DNA from: Candidatus Thorarchaeota archaeon
GTDB taxonomy: Archaea > Asgardarchaeota > Thorarchaeia > Thorarchaeales > Thorarchaeaceae
Length of the DNA: 30,887 nt
Assembly: GCA_011364905.1 (NCBI GenBank)
Contig: RDNZ01000033.1
Coordinates: 1-30,887, forward strand
Direction of reading: 5' to 3'
Positions 26,581-30,887 of this stretch are shown piece after piece; position 1 is the stretch's first letter, and the number at the start of each line of letters is the position of its first letter. The notes under the pieces are model-generated. The model searched no databases. It saw only the letters and a list, made by a program, of their open reading frames with translations, and was not told the DNA's origin. A program made the translations under genes and the position numbers.

Positions 26581-27884
26581 TTGTCCTCGTACATTTCCCA
26601 TTCCCAATCAGTCACAATTTGATTCGTGTACTCATGCCATTCTTTTCGTTTAAGGCTCACAAAATTCTTCGAGATGTCCCTACCAATCGCCTCACAGATT
26701 ACGCTGTCCGCCTCTAGGCTATCCAATGCCTCTTTTAGGGAAGCTGGCAGCATCTTTATCCCAAGCTTCTCTCTTTCTTCATCGCTTAGACCGAAAATGT
26801 CCTCACTTCTTGGTTCTGGTGGCGTGAGCTTTCGATTCACTCCGTCCATTCCCGCAGCTATTATGGCTGTGAAGAGCAGATATGGATTCGTCATTGGATC
26901 CGCTGAGCGGAACTCAATTGCAGCTTTTTCCCAAGAACCAAACATAGGGATTCTGATTAACGCTGTTCTATTCTTGAGTCCCCATGCCATGTATACTGGA
27001 GCTTCTTGATGAGGCACAAGACGCTTGTACGAATTAATGGTTGGGTTGGCAATTGCTGTGATTGCCGGAGCATGCTCCAAAAGCCCTGCAACAAACATCC
27101 GAGCTGTTTCGGATAATTCAGATTTTCCTTCAACTCCGAATAGATTCTTACTACCGTCCCAGAGCTGAAGATGACAGTGAAGCCCACTTCCCGCTGTACC
27201 CTCAAAAGGTTTTGGCATGAAGGTCACGTCAACTCCTTCGTTCCTGCAGATTTTTCTGGCAAGGTTCTTGAACAATAGAATATTATCTGCCATCTTTGTT
27301 GCATCATCGAAGTCGAGCTCGATTTCCTGTTGTGATTCTCCAACCTCGTGGTGAATCACCCGAGGTTCAATACCTAGTGTTTTCAAGGTGGATGCCAACT
27401 CAAGTAGCATTTCCATTCCAGGACTGGTTGGATGAGTATCAGCATACCCTGCTTCATCAAAAGGTTCTCCGTCAGGAGTGATAAAATGGAATTCAGGTTC
27501 GACTTTTACCTTCAGCTGCATTTTGCCTGGAAGTAGTTTTTTCGACATCTCCTTAAGACGGCCTCTGCTATCCAATGAAAAACAGCCTGTGCTATTTCCG
27601 TCATCGATTTTTTCTTTAATGCAGCACATTACGGCTGCTCTTCGATGAATTGAGTACGGCAGTTCAATCAATGTTGATTTGTCTGGATCCAAACGGAGGT
27701 CAGATGACTCTACTTTTGCAAGACCAGTTACAGAACTTCCATCACAACTTGTTCCTTTTTTCATAATGGGATCATTCGTCAATTCATCGATGGTTTCCAC
27801 TGGTTTGCATGGTACTGTCATCGCCTTCAATCTACCCAGAAGGTCAGGGAATCTCAGCTCCACGAATTCAATCTTCTCTGTCAT
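26577..27884 (-). CDS. glnA: Glutamine synthetase type I family protein
   Basis: DGSS, EPEF, HHEV...QQE, FMPKP..G.AGSGLHCH, NSYKRL, EAP, NRTALIRIP, IEFRSADP..NPYL. Confidence 0.9.
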   Translation of the reverse strand: MTEKIEFVELRFPDLLGRLKAMTVPCKPVETIDELTNDPIMKKGTSCDGSSVTGLAKVESSDLRLDPDKSTLIELPYSIHRRAAVMCCIKEKIDDGNSTGCFSLDSRGRLKEMSKKLLPGKMQLKVKVEPEFHFITPDGEPFDEAGYADTHPTSPGMEMLLELASTLKTLGIEPRVIHHEVGESQQEIELDFDDATKMADNILLFKNLARKICRNEGVDVTFMPKPFEGTAGSGLHCHLQLWDGSKNLFGVEGKSELSETARMFVAGLLEHAPAITAIANPTINSYKRLVPHQEAPVYMAWGLKNRTALIRIPMFGSWEKAAIEFRSADPMTNPYLLFTAIIAAGMDGVNRKLTPPEPRSEDIFGLSDEEREKLGIKMLPASLKEALDSLEADSVICEAIGRDISKNFVSLKRKEWHEYTNQIVTDWEWEMYEDN

Positions 27885-27944
27885 CGCAAAACCCCCAGGA
27901 CTTGCTCTTTTCGTTCGGAGTTGCCTCCGTTTAAAGGTCTTGGT

Positions 27945-28265
27945 CTATCCCCAAAGCTCCTTATACCATGCTTCAGCAGCGTCTCCAAGCTCTAATCTGA
28001 TTGACCCACTTGCAACACTTACTTCTTCGTTCTCTTTAATCTCAAAATTTAGTCCAGAAATCCTGATTGCTTTCTTTTCAAGATGAACATTCCCGATGTT
28101 GCGAGCATGCATCGTTGCAACCCTCTTACCTCCATCCATAACCAGCAATTGGTCATGATAGGTCACATAGCATTTGAGCTTGAACTTACTGTCTCTAAAG
28201 GGCCCCATTTGAATCTCAAGATTGCTGAATTCTGTCTTTACATTCTCCGCCTTCATCGGTTTCAC
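27945..28265 (-). CDS. Small hypothetical protein, possible PH-like fold
   Basis: 106 aa of beta-strand-like segments ending in the helix AAEAWYKELWG; same strand as, and upstream of, glnA. Start GTG 28265 or ATG 28256. Confidence 0.7.
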   Translation of the reverse strand: MKPMKAENVKTEFSNLEIQMGPFRDSKFKLKCYVTYHDQLLVMDGGKRVATMHARNIGNVHLEKKAIRISGLNFEIKENEEVSVASGSIRLELGDAAEAWYKELWG

Positions 28266-28354
28266 TACTCAGCATGTTACGTGCCTTCTTATGAATTTCA
28301 TTATCTAGATAACACAATCCGGAAGACAGATAGTCACTTGAGTGAAACCAATCA

Positions 28355-29182
28355 ATGAATGCAATGAAGAAAGGGCTTCATATAGGCACAAGTGGGTGGT
28401 CATATGAGAAGGACTGGAAGGGAACTTTCTACACCACCGAAGGGTCCATGTTGAAGCACTATCTCTCGTACTTTCAAACTGCTGAAATCAATTCAACATT
28501 CTATGCGCTCCCCAGACCAAACTTCATCAGGCATATGTCCTCCTTAAGTGATGATGTCTTCTTCACTGCGAAAATCCCAAAGAAGGTCACACATGACAAC
28601 CGCCTGGACCTTTCAGGCGAGGGTGGTGACACCCTCCGGGAGTTCTACAGACTCATGGAACCAATCCATGATCGAATACCTGTTCTCCTAATTCAACTGC
28701 CTCCATGGGAGATTTCAACCATGGGTGACTTGGATACCTTTCTCTCATCCCTGGATCTGTCATTTAGGTATGCAATTGAGTTCAGAGACCATTCATGGTT
28801 GACTAGTAAGGTTTGGGGCCTGCTGGAGAATTATAAGGTAGCTAATGTGATTGTTGATGAACCAAAGCTACCTATCGATCTGAGAATTACTACTGACTTT
28901 TCTTACATCCGCTGGCATGGTCACGGACAAAATCCATGGTTTAACTACAGGTTCTCAATCGAGGAACTGCAGGCGTGGGTTCCTCGTTTGGAACAGGTAA
29001 CTGATAGCGTTGAGACCACTTTTGGTTACTTCAACAACCACTTTGCTGGAAATGCTCCTCTCAATGCTTTGCAGTTGTTGTCGTTACTAGGAAGAATAAA
29101 TCCCAAGCAACAGGTCAAGCTTGAACGGATGTTGAAAACAACAAAGACCACTCAATCCACACTAGATGAGTTCCAGCTTTAG
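28355..29182 (+). CDS. DUF72 (YecE/UPF0759) family protein
   Basis: IGTSGWSY..W, EINSTFY, KIPKKVTH, LIQLPP, AIEFR, YIRWHG, YFNNH..GNAPLNA. Confidence 0.93.
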   Translation: MNAMKKGLHIGTSGWSYEKDWKGTFYTTEGSMLKHYLSYFQTAEINSTFYALPRPNFIRHMSSLSDDVFFTAKIPKKVTHDNRLDLSGEGGDTLREFYRLMEPIHDRIPVLLIQLPPWEISTMGDLDTFLSSLDLSFRYAIEFRDHSWLTSKVWGLLENYKVANVIVDEPKLPIDLRITTDFSYIRWHGHGQNPWFNYRFSIEELQAWVPRLEQVTDSVETTFGYFNNHFAGNAPLNALQLLSLLGRINPKQQVKLERMLKTTKTTQSTLDEFQL

Positions 29183-29396
29183 GGTTAGAAAACCCTCCTT
29201 GAACGTAAATGCCCAAGTTTATTAGTGCACTTCGTGATGTCTAAGTGCAGAAAGTGAGAAAGAAACAGGTTAACTAATCGTATATTATCACCAGAACGTT
29301 TTCTCTGGTTTTTGTAGTGTCTGTTTTTCATAATTCACAGATTCAGTCTGAAAGACTAATCATACTCACAACAGCAGGATATAGAAAGTGGAAAAA

Positions 29397-29522
29397 ATGC
29401 AAATCGATTCTAAGATTGGGTGTACTAGAAGTCGTGTGATAAATGGATACAGTCCCCATAGAATGTTGGAAATGATTCAGAAACAAATGCTGACGAAAAT
29501 TCCCGGAAAAGAGGTGAAATAA
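29397..29522 (+). CDS. Putative 41-aa small ORF coupled (TAATG) to the downstream microprotein
   Basis: MQIDSKIGCTRSRVINGYSPHRMLEMIQKQMLTKIPGKEVK; its TAA overlaps the next ATG. Confidence 0.3.
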   Translation: MQIDSKIGCTRSRVINGYSPHRMLEMIQKQMLTKIPGKEVK

Positions 29523-29653
29523 TGAGTACAAGAAATTTCGATCACTGTAAATGCGGTCATCGTCGTGATAGGCATGAGAATTTCAAGGACGAATGCTCCA
29601 AGTGTGGTTGTGAGGTCTTCGAGAGAGGAATGCGCCTCTCTCATTATCAGTGA
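29522..29653 (+). CDS. 43-aa Cys/His-rich putative zinc-binding microprotein
   Basis: MSTRNFDHCKCGHRRDRHENFKDECSKCGCEVFERGMRLSHYQ; GAGGTGA SD 4 nt before the ATG; CxCGHx4H-x6-CxxCxCxxF pattern. Confidence 0.72.
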   Translation: MSTRNFDHCKCGHRRDRHENFKDECSKCGCEVFERGMRLSHYQ

Positions 29654-30345
29654 AATTAAGTATCTTATCTATGGCTCTTACACAAACCATCTGAGTTTCT
29701 TATTATGTGAGATCCAAAGCACCCAATGCTCATGACGAAGTTACGAAACACAGCCATCTCGAAAACCTAGTAGGTAGGAATCGCCGAACTAGTCTTTGCT
29801 TAAGGGTAAATTTGAATAATTTCATCATTCCCATCATCCTAGTACTTGTAGAAGTAACAAGAAGCCGGTCAGAAATTCCCCCTGAGTTCTATGAAAATAC
29901 TATTCCGCCCATTGAAAGACCCTGCAGAATTGTCCATAACTCTGAATTTATATTATTATCATCTAAGTAATATATAGAAGGCGATATTCGACGCAAGCCC
30001 TTAGCGGCGCCCTAGTGGCGTTTGGCGGTATTGTGGAAATCTGCATGTTCAGCATTGTCATATACGTCATGTGGAAATTCATCTCGAGAAGCGATACCCG
30101 TCACTATTAGTGATGGGGATTCATTTCTCCTTTTTTGTTCTTTTTTCCATGATATGCAGAGTAGTGCCATCTCGAAAGCCTAACAAAAAGCACCATCATC
30201 TCGCCATTGCTTACTACTGTATTCTGGGTAGGCTCTGTATTACTTTTTCAGATGCCCTTGCTAGTTCTTCTGCGTAAAATAGCATTCAATCTTGCGTCGA
30301 AAACAATCCGTATTATATTAACAATAGTGTCTACTAGTGATGATT

Positions 30346-30887
30346 ATGCAAGATTTCTATGTCAATTTCCTTCTTGATGCATTACAGAATATCAATACAT
30401 GGCTTTTTCCAATGCCTGTTCCGGTTCTTCTTTACGGAATCGCCTCAATCATTGCACTGGTCGTATTCTTCTTTCCACGCCAATCCAAGTTGTTGAATGC
30501 TCTAGTAAAAGCTTGGCTTGGTTTTGGGCTGTTCTTGGTTACAGTTTTAATGATGAATGTGGCTTTGTTACTCCTAGAAATCCCTCAAATGTACTCTACA
30601 GCAATACCCGTCTTTGGTGGTTCAGTTTTCTATTTCTTCGTGGGTCTGCTGTTCTTCATAGATATACCTAGGGACAGAATTAACTTTACAATAAACTCAG
30701 GGCAGTTCAATGCGTGGTCGTTTGGCGCACTAGTTATTTCCCTGAGTGCAACACTATTGTATCCAATAGCACAACTTCTTGTAGGACTCACCTATCCTCG
30801 CATAGTTGTCTATGGGGCTGAGATCCCAGTGATTTCATTCACCATAGCCATGCTCGTGGCAGCCATGCCTCAAACGTCAAAGTGGTT
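30346..30887 (+). CDS. Multi-pass membrane protein, DUF6064-like (partial; runs off the right edge)
   Basis: Open frame from ATG 30346 (or 30340) to the window end: MQDFYVNFLLDALQNINTWLFPMP...LYPIAQLLVGLTYPRIVVYGAEIPVISFTIAML... Not in the ORF track. Confidence 0.7.
   Translation, partial: MQDFYVNFLLDALQNINTWLFPMPVPVLLYGIASIIALVVFFFPRQSKLLNALVKAWLGFGLFLVTVLMMNVALLLLEIPQMYSTAIPVFGGSVFYFFVGLLFFIDIPRDRINFTINSGQFNAWSFGALVISLSATLLYPIAQLLVGLTYPRIVVYGAEIPVISFTIAMLVAAMPQTSKW

Noticed and set aside
869-28358. Numerous short antisense or alternative-frame ORFs in the track
   Set aside because: They lie wholly or mostly within well-supported genes and lack independent motifs.
29707-30671. ORFs 29707..29970, 30071..30277 and 30399..30671
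   Set aside because: They have no clear SD or recognisable motifs; the last is an alternative frame of the membrane-protein gene starting at 30346.
1-30887. CRISPR array, transposase/integrase, prophage or tRNA-integrated island
   Set aside because: I saw no regularly spaced repeats, recombinase motifs or duplicated tRNA 3' end, and the genes flanking the tRNA are housekeeping.

Overview
Gene-dense archaeal chromosomal window. Gene content and GGTGA-type Shine-Dalgarno (SD) motifs suggest an anaerobic Asgard-like archaeon, possibly Thorarchaeia; this assignment is inference only. The left ~13.6 kb is a Wood-Ljungdahl/nickel cluster: the 5' part of cdhA (absent from the ORF track), cooC, an FwdB-like gene, an FeS-domain-FwdG fusion, an HdrA-MvhD fusion, an 8x[4Fe-4S] FwdF polyferredoxin, an FwdD-like gene, DUF166, DUF3786, an oxidoreductase, nikR, a single-chain NikM-NikN-NikQ transporter and its ATPase. 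The main finding is that the FwdB-like and FwdD-like proteins have both lost their Mo/W-pterin and catalytic motifs while all Fe-S ligands remain. This points to a pterin-less, Fwd-derived electron conduit attached to a bifurcating HdrA-MvhD beside CODH/ACS. The right part is mostly housekeeping: tRNA-Leu(CAG), Lrp, aIF5A, NAD kinase, Nob1, YjbQ, a SNAP/TPR-like solenoid, oxidoreductases, a methyltransferase, an orphan POR gamma subunit, a PAC2-family protein, a CDF transporter, an aminotransferase, glutamine synthetase, a PH-like protein and DUF72. The AT-richer end holds an uncalled 43-aa Cys/His microprotein and a partial membrane-protein gene. All family assignments come from motif recognition by eye; no searches were run.
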